A stretch of DNA of 36,138 bases, from UHGV virus genome UHGV-0014975, one strand, 5' to 3'. The notes under the pieces were generated by a model that saw only the letters and a program-made list of their open reading frames with translations, did no database searches and was not told the DNA's origin. The position numbers were made by a program, and so were the translations under genes. Each line of letters begins with the position of its first letter. Positions within the stretch are counted from its first letter, which is position 1. Source of the stretch: a virus. Shown piece by piece: positions 8,645 to 16,336 of the stretch.

Positions 8645-9568
8645 GTGGCAAGACCGACTAAGAAAGGTCTTGATTATTTTCCTCTAGATGTCGATTTTTT
8701 ATCAGATCTAAAAGTTCGAAGAATTATTAAAGCATGCGGTAAAGAAGCCGTTCATATACTGGTCGCCCTGCTGGCTAATATTTATCGTGATGAGGGGTAT
8801 TACGTTTTGTGGGATGACGACCTTGCGTTCTTAGTGGCTGACGAAGTTGGTACGAAGGAGGGCACAGTTGAAGAACTGGTGAAAAAAGCCGTGCAAGTAA
8901 AATTCTTTGATAAAGATATTTTTGATAAATACTCCGTATTAACTTCTAAAGGTATTCAAAGCAGATACATTTTGGCCACTAAGGAACGCAAAAAAGTTGA
9001 GCTTGAATATAAGTATTTGATGACAAATGAAGTTAATCGATCGAATATCTCGATTAATGGGCGGAATAACTCGGTTAATCAGGGGAATAATCAACAAAGT
9101 AAAGAAAAGGAAAGTAAAGAAAAGGAAATAAAAGAAGATGCTACTGCGAGCGAGAGTGCGTCTCTTGAAACTTTTCAAAAGTTATGGTTCTTTCCGAATG
9201 TTGTACAGGTCGATGATCTACTTAATCTGGTGGATATTTATGGCGATGAACTTGTAAATGCTGCAATTAAACTTGCTGGTAGTAAAGACGTTCCTAAGAA
9301 TCGAGCCATTAGTTTTTTAACAGCTTCTCTACAGGAATGGGCAGATGCTAACGTAAAAACCATTGAACAGGCAAGGGAGTACCAACGGACAAGAGGTGCT
9401 AAAAAGCAAGGATATAATCAAAAGCCGATTCGTGAAGAACAGCTTCCTGATTGGGCAGAAAATCCGGTTGAAGAACCTCAGATTTCTCCAGAGAGACAGG
9501 CTGAAATTGATGCCAAGCTAGCTGCCTATTTAAGCAAAAAGAATCAGCGAAAGGAGCAAGTTGAGTGA
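8645..9568 (+). CDS. Phage replication initiation/replisome-organizer protein (Lin1244/Lin1753 N-domain plus DnaD-like C-domain)
   Basis: GTG start with AGGAGG RBS. N-terminus MARPTKKGLDYFPLDVDFLSDLKV...GYYVLWDDD, typical of the Lin1244 family; C-terminal ...VNAAIKLAGSKDVPKNRAISFLTASLQEWADANVKTIEQA resembles the DnaD domain. Confidence 0.75.
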   Translation: MARPTKKGLDYFPLDVDFLSDLKVRRIIKACGKEAVHILVALLANIYRDEGYYVLWDDDLAFLVADEVGTKEGTVEELVKKAVQVKFFDKDIFDKYSVLTSKGIQSRYILATKERKKVELEYKYLMTNEVNRSNISINGRNNSVNQGNNQQSKEKESKEKEIKEDATASESASLETFQKLWFFPNVVQVDDLLNLVDIYGDELVNAAIKLAGSKDVPKNRAISFLTASLQEWADANVKTIEQAREYQRTRGAKKQGYNQKPIREEQLPDWAENPVEEPQISPERQAEIDAKLAAYLSKKNQRKEQVE

Positions 9569-9972
9569 AACTCATTATTCCTATTGCGCCTAAACCACAG
9601 TCGAGACCACGGTTCACCAAGCATCGTAAGACTCCTTACGAGGAAACAGCAATGAAATCATACAAAAATGCGGTTAAGTATCACGCTATGGCCACAAAGC
9701 CGATGCTGATTGAGAAAGAACCTGTAATGATTGATGTCTGCTTTTTTATCTATCCGCCGGCCTATATCTCGAAAGTAAAGAAAAACAGGACTTTGCTTGA
9801 TGATGAGACCATGTACTGCGATAAGAAGCCAGACATTGACAATTACTTTAAAGCTGTAACCGATGCAGTAAACGGCATTTTGTATAAGGATGACGGACAG
9901 ATTGCTGTGAGTATTAGTCGCAAGGTATACAGTTGGAACCCACGAACAGAAATTGAAATTCAACCACTTTAG
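9565..9972 (+). CDS. rusA: RusA-family Holliday junction resolvase
   Basis: 135 aa, ...KPQSRPRFT...PDIDNYFKAVTDAVNGILYKDDGQI...; GTG start overlapping the upstream stop. Confidence 0.8.
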   Translation: MKLIIPIAPKPQSRPRFTKHRKTPYEETAMKSYKNAVKYHAMATKPMLIEKEPVMIDVCFFIYPPAYISKVKKNRTLLDDETMYCDKKPDIDNYFKAVTDAVNGILYKDDGQIAVSISRKVYSWNPRTEIEIQPL

Positions 9973-9983
9973 GAGGAAAAACC

Positions 9984-10262
9984 ATGAGATTACAAGACAC
10001 TTTTGTCATTCATCCGGAGGGACGTCGCTATGAGATTCAACCGAAGGTCAGACCAGCAAAAACGAAAGTAAAAGTCGGCAAAATATACAACTGTGCCATC
10101 GAAGGATTTTCGGGATTAGTTAGAGCTGAATGCTTGAAAATCTATGAGAAATCGGCACATGTGAGAATTATTGTCTGTCATAAAGAAAGAGATGAATGGC
10201 GGCAGAAAGTTCTTGGTGATCAAACTGTTGTTAAGCTGAAAAATATGGTTTTGGCTAGATAA
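9984..10262 (+). CDS. Hypothetical protein (92 aa)
   Basis: Strong RBS AGGAGGAAAAACC-ATG; basic protein, no recognised motif. Confidence 0.45.
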   Translation: MRLQDTFVIHPEGRRYEIQPKVRPAKTKVKVGKIYNCAIEGFSGLVRAECLKIYEKSAHVRIIVCHKERDEWRQKVLGDQTVVKLKNMVLAR

Positions 10263-10318
10263 GGAGTTTGTAATCGGAAGAAATTACCAACTAGGAGGAG
10301 AAGAAAATAAGTAAAGAA

Positions 10319-10735
10319 ATGCACGAAAAATGGATGTGTTCTGTGGATGAAGAGCGTTGGCAAGCCGCTGAATATTTTGACACTAAAGAAGAAGCCGTGA
10401 GATTTGGTATTGAGTCAATTCAAACATTTAACAAGAATCCAGAAGACGGGTGTTTGGATGATGAAATGGGAAGTACACCAGAAGAAGTTGTAACTAGCTT
10501 TTATGTGGGACAAGCGTTCTGTCCAGGGATACCTTTCAACGTTGATGATTTACTAGAACGTATACAGGAAGCTGCTTATGAAGACGGGGGAGAGTTTGCC
10601 GAAGACTATTTAGATGATGTAACAAAAGAACACAGGGAAGAACTAGATGACTTAATTCAAAACTGGTTCATAAAGCACAAATATTTACCTAACTGGTACA
10701 ACATTTATGAAATTGATGAAATTAGTGTGATCTGA
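10319..10735 (+). CDS. Highly acidic hypothetical protein (138 aa), possible DNA mimic
   Basis: Very D/E-rich (e.g. EAAYEDGGEFAEDYLDDVTKEHREELDDLIQ); early-region location. Start uncertain because the RBS is ~17 nt upstream. Confidence 0.4.
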   Translation: MHEKWMCSVDEERWQAAEYFDTKEEAVRFGIESIQTFNKNPEDGCLDDEMGSTPEEVVTSFYVGQAFCPGIPFNVDDLLERIQEAAYEDGGEFAEDYLDDVTKEHREELDDLIQNWFIKHKYLPNWYNIYEIDEISVI

Positions 10736-10777
10736 TTCCACTATCCACCAAAATAGCAAACTGAAAGGAGGGCACCA

Positions 10778-11539
10778 ATGATCGTTTGGGCGCTATTCGA
10801 CAGCGGAAATGGTTGTTATTCAAAAGCTGCAAAAAAGTTTGAAGATATTGAGATTTATTCGATTGGAATTGACCGCAAGAACAAGAGTAATCATTTTATC
10901 AATCTGAACTTAGCATATTATTCTAGGTTGTTTGGAGATAATACTTTATTCGATCACTTAGATAGCTTGCCAAATCCAGATCTTATCATTGCAAGTCCGC
11001 CGTGTGAATCCTGGTCTGTGGCAAGTGCTATGGATAATGGGAATGCCTGTTGGAAACAAGAAAAGGGAGATGGACTCTTTGAGCCGCAAGTACCTTTATC
11101 TCGCTTTACTATCAGATACAGGAGTGACTACGATCGGTATCAATTCAAGCCAGAAAAGTCACTAATGACGCGAATAAATGGCGAGCTTTGTGCATTTAAC
11201 ACGATTGAAATCATCAAACGATATCAACCAAACGTTTACATCATAGAGAATCCGGCTCATGGCCGTTTGTGGGAATATATTGAGAAGATTCTAGGCTTTG
11301 AGATTCCCTATGAGAATCTCACTTATTACAACAATTATGATTATCCAATTAAAAAACCTACTAAATTCAAAAGCAATATAGATTTAGACCTAAAAAAAGA
11401 TATTATCCCAAATGAAGTTGAGTTTAAGTCTGGCTTTAGTAGAGACTATAACGAGCGATCAAATATACCGGCTGCATTAGTAGAGGACATATTTCATAAA
11501 GTTCTGGCGATGGGTTTAGTTAGTAATCCGACGAAATAG
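10778..11539 (+). CDS. Compact divergent C5-cytosine DNA methyltransferase-like protein (253 aa)
   Basis: Ordered C5-MTase-like motifs: I LFDSGNG (FxGxG), IV ASPPCESWS (PC catalytic Cys76, codon 11003..11005), VI IIENPAHG (ENV-like). Unusually short and lacks an obvious TRD. Confidence 0.45.
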   Translation: MIVWALFDSGNGCYSKAAKKFEDIEIYSIGIDRKNKSNHFINLNLAYYSRLFGDNTLFDHLDSLPNPDLIIASPPCESWSVASAMDNGNACWKQEKGDGLFEPQVPLSRFTIRYRSDYDRYQFKPEKSLMTRINGELCAFNTIEIIKRYQPNVYIIENPAHGRLWEYIEKILGFEIPYENLTYYNNYDYPIKKPTKFKSNIDLDLKKDIIPNEVEFKSGFSRDYNERSNIPAALVEDIFHKVLAMGLVSNPTK

Positions 11540-11568
11540 CAAACAAAAAAGACTAATAGAAATTAGCC

Positions 11569-11778
11569 TTAAAGTTTGCCTTTAGAACGTTTAGTAGCAA
11601 GTAACATATTCAAGACAAAGTTTACAAAAAATAAGAAGCTAGCAATCTTTAATCCGGTACTTCCATTGTTTATGAAGACCAAAAGTAATGCACTAACAAA
11701 GTTGACGAGGGCGATAAATAGATAGAAATTTAGTAAGGTTCTTTTTTTCAAAGTACTCACCCCTTTTATAAATATCAT
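11569..11778 (-). CDS. Small hydrophobic protein (69 aa, 2 TM), questionable
   Basis: Only minus-strand ORF in a 300-bp gap of the rightward early operon; strongly hydrophobic but no Shine-Dalgarno. Confidence 0.25.
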   Translation of the reverse strand: MIFIKGVSTLKKRTLLNFYLFIALVNFVSALLLVFINNGSTGLKIASFLFFVNFVLNMLLATKRSKGKL

Positions 11779-11844
11779 GATAAAAGAAAAATATAATTAA
11801 TTCAACAATCGTCAGCGATAAGTAAATGGAGGGATAAGGTAATT

Positions 11845-12060
11845 ATGGAAAAATGTAAAGCATGTTCCGACTATTTCAAATGGGATGATGAAGTAATAGA
11901 AGTGGATGATGAGTATTATCACAAAGACTGCGTAACTCTCTATCCAACAGGATATGTCGCTTTTTTAGATGATGACTTCCTCGGAGAAACTGAAAATGCA
12001 GATGGAACTACGGCTTATAGTATTTTGGAAGAAGGTCAATATATAGATGACGAAGATTAA
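11845..12060 (+). CDS. Acidic zinc-ribbon-like small protein (71 aa)
   Basis: C-x2-C ... H-x2-C (CKACSDYF...YHKDC) plus a very acidic C-terminus; good RBS GGAGGGATAAGG. Confidence 0.5.
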   Translation: MEKCKACSDYFKWDDEVIEVDDEYYHKDCVTLYPTGYVAFLDDDFLGETENADGTTAYSILEEGQYIDDED

Positions 12061-12265
12061 GAACAGGAATAAGCAAATGAATGATAGTCTATCCATCATC
12101 ATAATACTGTTATCGATTGCAGGTCTAAGTTGGCTATCCTATACAATTGTGGACCAGCAAAAGCAGATTGAACAGTTAGAACAACAGTTAGAAGAAGTAC
12201 AAATGAAGTATGAAATTATCAAAAATGATCCGTTAGCTAGGGATGCCATGGAAGCAGGAGGATGA
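12047..12265 (+). CDS. Small membrane/coiled-coil protein (72 aa)
   Basis: One TM (LSIIIILLSIAGLSWLSYTIV) followed by QQKQIEQLEQQLEEVQMKYE coiled coil. Confidence 0.45.
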   Translation: MTKIKNRNKQMNDSLSIIIILLSIAGLSWLSYTIVDQQKQIEQLEQQLEEVQMKYEIIKNDPLARDAMEAGG

Positions 12266-12268
12266 AAC

Positions 12269-12520
12269 ATGATAAGAGAATGCGAAAGAATAATTCAAGA
12301 AAGCTTTTACAAACTCAATTATGCTCATGAACGTTTAATAAAACGTGGTATTCATGGAAAAATATTACGTTTTGAAATGAGCCAAACAACTTATCGAATG
12401 CTAAAAGACAGCATTTCAATTACTAGAGATGATTCCCAAATCACCTTATATGGAAAGACGATTTTGATTAATGATGAGTTGCCTAGGGGACAAGTTAATG
12501 TGTTAGGAGTAGAGGCATGA
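12269..12520 (+). CDS. Hypothetical protein (83 aa)
   Basis: RBS GGAGGATGAAAC-ATG; no motif. Confidence 0.45.
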   Translation: MIRECERIIQESFYKLNYAHERLIKRGIHGKILRFEMSQTTYRMLKDSISITRDDSQITLYGKTILINDELPRGQVNVLGVEA

Positions 12521-12693
12521 CAGTTGCAGTGTTAGGGTTCACAGGATTTGTCTTTTTAGTAGCTATCTGTGTAGTTGTTGGTAAGGCTACAGATAAAAAG
12601 GAGCAAGATTATGGAGGAAGCTATTTTATGGAACAAGATGGCTTTGATAGTGGAAACAATACTGATGGAACAAATAAAAGAAATTGAAACGAA
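12517..12693 (+). CDS. Small membrane protein (58 aa), not in the ORF track
   Basis: ATGA-coupled to the previous gene; MTVAVLGFTGFVFLVAICVVVGKATDKKEQDYGGSYFMEQDGFDSGNNTDGTNKRN. Same strand as the operon, unlike the antisense 12556..12798 ORF. Confidence 0.4.
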
Positions 12694-12797
12694 AGCAAAA
12701 TAAAAAAGCATTAAGCAGTTGCCCAATGCCCAACAAAATAATGATTTTGTACCCGCCAAGGTAATTTCATTATACCAAATAAAGGGGCGATTGAGCA

Positions 12798-13211
12798 ATG
12801 ATGCTATTAAGAGAGATAGATTTTCGTAGGACTAGGCAGAATGCAAAAAGCATTTTGAGAAATTATCGTCGGTTGGAGCGGATTGCTGGTCGATCTAAGA
12901 TTGATGTCCGCTCACCGATCATCACTGATATGCCTAAAACACCAAGCAACGGCAACAAATCAGAAGATGCGATCATCCAGATGATGGATGCAGAGGCAGA
13001 AAGGGATGCTATTGTAGTAGCTCTTTTGGCGTTGGGAATAGATAGCCGCCAAGTTTTGTATTACTCGTATTGCACTGTTGATCGATACTCCAATGTTGGA
13101 ATTGCTCAGCAAATGGGTTACTCGGTCAGGACAATCGAATACTACAAGGCAACTGCCTTGATTGAATTCGCTGAAGCCTATCGAAAAGGAAAATTAATAG
13201 AATATTGCTGA
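12798..13211 (+). CDS. arpU: ArpU-family phage transcriptional regulator (late gene activator)
   Basis: 137 aa; ...LRNYRRLERIAG...DAEAERDAIVVALLALGIDSRQVLYYSYC...GYSVRTIEYYKATALIEFAEAY is typical of ArpU/sigma-like late regulators found immediately upstream of terminase genes in Firmicute siphoviruses. Confidence 0.8.
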   Translation: MMLLREIDFRRTRQNAKSILRNYRRLERIAGRSKIDVRSPIITDMPKTPSNGNKSEDAIIQMMDAEAERDAIVVALLALGIDSRQVLYYSYCTVDRYSNVGIAQQMGYSVRTIEYYKATALIEFAEAYRKGKLIEYC

Positions 13212-13295
13212 ATCGATGTGGTTTTTATGTGGAAATACTGCGGTTTTTACATGAATTTGCGTAGTATTATTGTAGTATCAACTATTGTAAATAAC

Positions 13296-13444
13296 AGGGC
13301 GCACTCCTTTATGATTGTTGGCAGATTTCTCCTTTCTGAATTTCATTTTCAGCGCCCTGTATTTAAACTAAGACGGCGACAAAAAATCTAAAATAGAATG
13401 GAGTTGAATTCACTCCTTTTCTTCATTCGCTAGCCGTCTTTTTT
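13296..13444 (+). promoter_or_regulatory. Highly structured intergenic region (nested long hairpins ending in a T-run); candidate terminator or small RNA
   Basis: ACAGGGCGC(13296..13304)/GCGCCCTGT(13352..13360). AAGACGGC(13371..13378)/GCCGTCTT(13433..13440) encloses the palindrome GGAGTtGAATTCACTCC (13400..13416), and TTTTTT follows. Confidence 0.4.
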
Positions 13445-13518
13445 CAGGAATTGGCTCAGTTTGGTAGAGTGTCAGATTTTTAATCTGAAGATCGTAGGTT
13501 CAAGTCCTGCATTCCTGG
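13445..13518 (+). tRNA. tRNA-Lys (anticodon UUU), phage-encoded
   Basis: Manual cloverleaf: acceptor CAGGAAT/ATTCCTG, D-arm GCTC-AGTTTGGTA-GAGT, anticodon arm TCAGA-TTTTTAA-TCTGA (U33, UUU, A37), variable AGATC, T-arm GTAGG-TTCAAGT-CCTGC, discriminator G. No encoded CCA. Confidence 0.7.
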
Positions 13519-13643
13519 TTGGGAGTTGTCGATTGGATTACTCACATGATCTTTGATACTTCCTACTTAACAGCCTTTCGGGGCTGTTTTTTTCTATTGG
13601 GTATCACTCTGTTTATTGGTATGATATAGGAAAAGGAGTGAAA

Positions 13644-14174
13644 ATGTTGAATAGTGAAATAACCGATTTTTTTAAAATGCAAATTGAGCATGCAAATTTT
13701 GTGTCTGATTCCATGATAGCTATATCAGGTATAATGCTTACACTGTCAGTATTTGTTGTTACGTATCAATTAGTTTTAAATAAAAAAACAATAGATACTT
13801 TGAAGAAAGATAATCAAAAATTAGTCAAAGATATAACCAAATACACATTTATAATGGGAATTAGAAATCAAGCTGAAACTTCATCAAGACTAGAAAATGT
13901 AAAAGATACAGTAGAATACTTTAATAAATATTTTTCTAATGACCTAGATGTATTTGATGAAATGAAAAAGTATAGATTACAAATCTTTAGAAATGAACTT
14001 TCTAGTTACCCCTCACATCCAAATATATCTCCGGAAAATAATCACGATGAGGTAAATAAATTGTTTGCGAAAGCATTTAATGAAATAGAGTCATCAGGTG
14101 AAGTTGATGTGAATACAAATGCTATGATAAAAGATACTCGAGAGATAATTAATTTGTTAAAGGATTTTTACTAA
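13644..14174 (+). CDS. AT-rich membrane-anchored moron protein of unknown function (176 aa; alternative GTG start at 13638)
   Basis: RBS AAGGAG; one N-terminal TM (MIAISGIMLTLSVFVVTYQLV) and a K/N/E-rich soluble domain. Markedly lower GC than its neighbours, own terminator downstream, located between the late regulator and terminase. Confidence 0.55.
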   Translation: MLNSEITDFFKMQIEHANFVSDSMIAISGIMLTLSVFVVTYQLVLNKKTIDTLKKDNQKLVKDITKYTFIMGIRNQAETSSRLENVKDTVEYFNKYFSNDLDVFDEMKKYRLQIFRNELSSYPSHPNISPENNHDEVNKLFAKAFNEIESSGEVDVNTNAMIKDTREIINLLKDFY

Positions 14175-14190
14175 TTAGCTAGGACCTCTT

Positions 14191-14216
14191 AGGACCTCTC
14201 ATGAGGTCTTTTTTTA
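14191..14216 (+). terminator. Rho-independent terminator
   Basis: GACCTC-tcat-GAGGTC hairpin followed by TTTTTTTT. Confidence 0.7.
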
Positions 14217-14263
14217 TACATAGAATTACAAAACGAACACAGATTGCGAGGTGGTGGAAATGG

Positions 14264-15019
14264 ATGGCTAGAAAACGTAATCCGATGCGAGATCAAGCAT
14301 ATCGCATTTGGATAGAATCTAATAAACAAAAGCCATTGAAAGATATTGCTGAAGAATTGGGAGTATCTTCTTCAACTGTCCGAAAGTGGAAATCTGAGGA
14401 TAAGTGGGATGGTGAAACGAAACGGAGCGCTCCGAATGAAAAAGAGCGTTACGAATCAATGCGAGGTAATCAGAATGCAAGAGGGAATCCTGGGGGTAAA
14501 CCACCGCCTAATAACAAAAATGCTGTAAGCCACGGGTTGTTTGCAAATTGGCTACCAGACGATACGAAGCAAATTATTCAGGAACTTTACACCTCAGAAC
14601 CTGCAGATATTATTTGGAACAACATCATGATTCAATACACTGCTATCATCAGATCACAAAAGATTATGTATGTTAAGGATGAGTTTGACTCTACAGAGGA
14701 TGTTGTAAGCGCAGAAATCAATCCGATGTTAGTAGATCCGGAAACAAATAAAGCAGTCCAAACAAAGTTAACGCGACAATTTCAATACGCTTGGGATAAA
14801 CAAGCTACTTTCTTAAATGCTCAATCAAGAGCGATGGGAACCTTGTCAAATCTCATCAAACAATTCTTGGCCATTGCTGACGAACAGGACGAACGCAGGA
14901 AGAAACTTGAATTGATGGATGCCCAAATTGCCAAACTCAAATCAACAACTAATGATGATTCGAACACCGGCGGCGGTGATATTGTTATTGTCGATGCTTG
15001 GGGTGATTCGGATGAATAG
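14264..15019 (+). CDS. terS: Terminase small subunit
   Basis: Start MARKRN with RBS GAGGTGGTGG (the track ORF begins inside the terminator at 14201). HTH IAEELGVSSSTVRKWKSE; position upstream of TerL. Confidence 0.75.
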   Translation: MARKRNPMRDQAYRIWIESNKQKPLKDIAEELGVSSSTVRKWKSEDKWDGETKRSAPNEKERYESMRGNQNARGNPGGKPPPNNKNAVSHGLFANWLPDDTKQIIQELYTSEPADIIWNNIMIQYTAIIRSQKIMYVKDEFDSTEDVVSAEINPMLVDPETNKAVQTKLTRQFQYAWDKQATFLNAQSRAMGTLSNLIKQFLAIADEQDERRKKLELMDAQIAKLKSTTNDDSNTGGGDIVIVDAWGDSDE

Positions 15020-16325
15020 AATTGACATCCAAAAAGAAGTAAATCCTCATTTTAAATCAGTTTGGATCAGTAAGAAGCCTTATAACATCTTGAGAGGCGG
15101 AAGGAATAGTTTCAAATCGTCTGTCATTGCGCTCAAGCTTGTTTTTATGATGGTTGGATACATTATGACCGGAAGGAAAGCAAATGTTGTAATCATTCGT
15201 AAGGTGGCAAATACGATACGAGATTCAGTATTCTTAAAAATCCAGTGGGCAATCGGAAAATTCTTTCTCTTAGATCAGTTCAGCTGTACTGTTTCTCCAT
15301 TTAAAATCACCCACAGGAAAACAGGATCTACATTTTATTTTTATGGCCAAGATGATTTTCAAAAGCTGAAATCAAACGACATCGGTAATATTATTGCAGT
15401 GTGGGTCGAAGAAGCTGCAGAGTTTAACAGTGCAGAAGAATTTGACCAGATGAAAGCTACATTTATGCGGCAAAAACCAGTCGATGCCGTGCAGGTACAA
15501 TTCTTCTATTCCTACAATCCTCCTAGAAATCCATATCATTGGATTAACGAGTGGACCAACGAATTAGAAGGACATAAAGATTACTTGATTCATTCATCAA
15601 GCTACAAAGATGATGCGTTAGGCTTTGTTACGCAGCAAATGATAGATGAAATCAACCGGATCAAAGAGAACGATTATGACTATTACTTGTACTTATATGA
15701 AGGGTTGCCGGTTGGGTTCCAGGATAATGTGTACAATGTTGAAACATTCAGAAGAATAGTAGATTTGCCTAGCGATGACTATGTCACCGCTATTTTTTAT
15801 TCCCTTGACGGCGGTCATGCTCAGTCAGCAACAACAGTTCTTTGTTTAGGATTGACGGCAAAACAAAAAGTCGTATTGCTAGACACTTACTATTATTCAC
15901 CTGCCGGAAAAAGCGTGAAGCTTGCACCTTCCCAGCTTTCCACAGAGGTGCATAAGTTCATTTCTAAGACACTTGAAGATGATCGGTGGAAGAATGCTCA
16001 AGTTATTAATAGAACGATTGATAGTGCTGAGGCAGCTCTTAGAAATCAGTATTATCTCGATTATCAAATACGCTGGAATCCAGTAGCTAAGAAAGATAAA
16101 CAAACCATGATTGACTTTGCGACAAATTTATTTGCGCAAGGTCGTTTTTATTATCTCGATACAGAAAGCAACAAGATTTTCTATGAAGAACATAAGCACT
16201 ACCGGTACAAAGAAGGTACTGCCGATACGGATAACCCGGTCGTAATCAAAGAAGATGACCATACCTGTGATGCATTTGAATATTTCTGCGTAGATAATGC
16301 ATCCATTTTAGGAATAGCAGTCTAG
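15012..16325 (+). CDS. terL: Terminase large subunit (ATPase/nuclease)
   Basis: Start MNRIDIQ overlapping the TerS stop. Walker A-like LRGGRNSFKSS, Walker B VVIIRK...VWVEEAAEF, C-terminal nuclease DxD/E motifs; 438 aa. Confidence 0.85.
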   Translation: MNRIDIQKEVNPHFKSVWISKKPYNILRGGRNSFKSSVIALKLVFMMVGYIMTGRKANVVIIRKVANTIRDSVFLKIQWAIGKFFLLDQFSCTVSPFKITHRKTGSTFYFYGQDDFQKLKSNDIGNIIAVWVEEAAEFNSAEEFDQMKATFMRQKPVDAVQVQFFYSYNPPRNPYHWINEWTNELEGHKDYLIHSSSYKDDALGFVTQQMIDEINRIKENDYDYYLYLYEGLPVGFQDNVYNVETFRRIVDLPSDDYVTAIFYSLDGGHAQSATTVLCLGLTAKQKVVLLDTYYYSPAGKSVKLAPSQLSTEVHKFISKTLEDDRWKNAQVINRTIDSAEAALRNQYYLDYQIRWNPVAKKDKQTMIDFATNLFAQGRFYYLDTESNKIFYEEHKHYRYKEGTADTDNPVVIKEDDHTCDAFEYFCVDNASILGIAV

Positions 16326-16336
16326 GAGGTGATAAA

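Noticed and set aside
8939-9963. Minus-strand ORFs 8939..9178, 9399..9620, 9658..9963
   Set aside because: All antisense to the replication protein and RusA genes; low-complexity translations
12556-12798. 80-aa minus-strand hydrophobic ORF
   Set aside because: Antisense; the plus strand instead has a translationally coupled 58-aa ORF (12517..12693), reported as a feature
14201-14263. N-terminal extension of TerS from ATG 14201
   Set aside because: That ATG lies inside the upstream terminator hairpin and has no RBS; ATG 14264 has GAGGTGGTGG upstream
14319-14528. ORFs 14319..14504 (-) and 14346..14528 (+) inside the terminase small-subunit gene
   Set aside because: Alternative frames of a supported CDS
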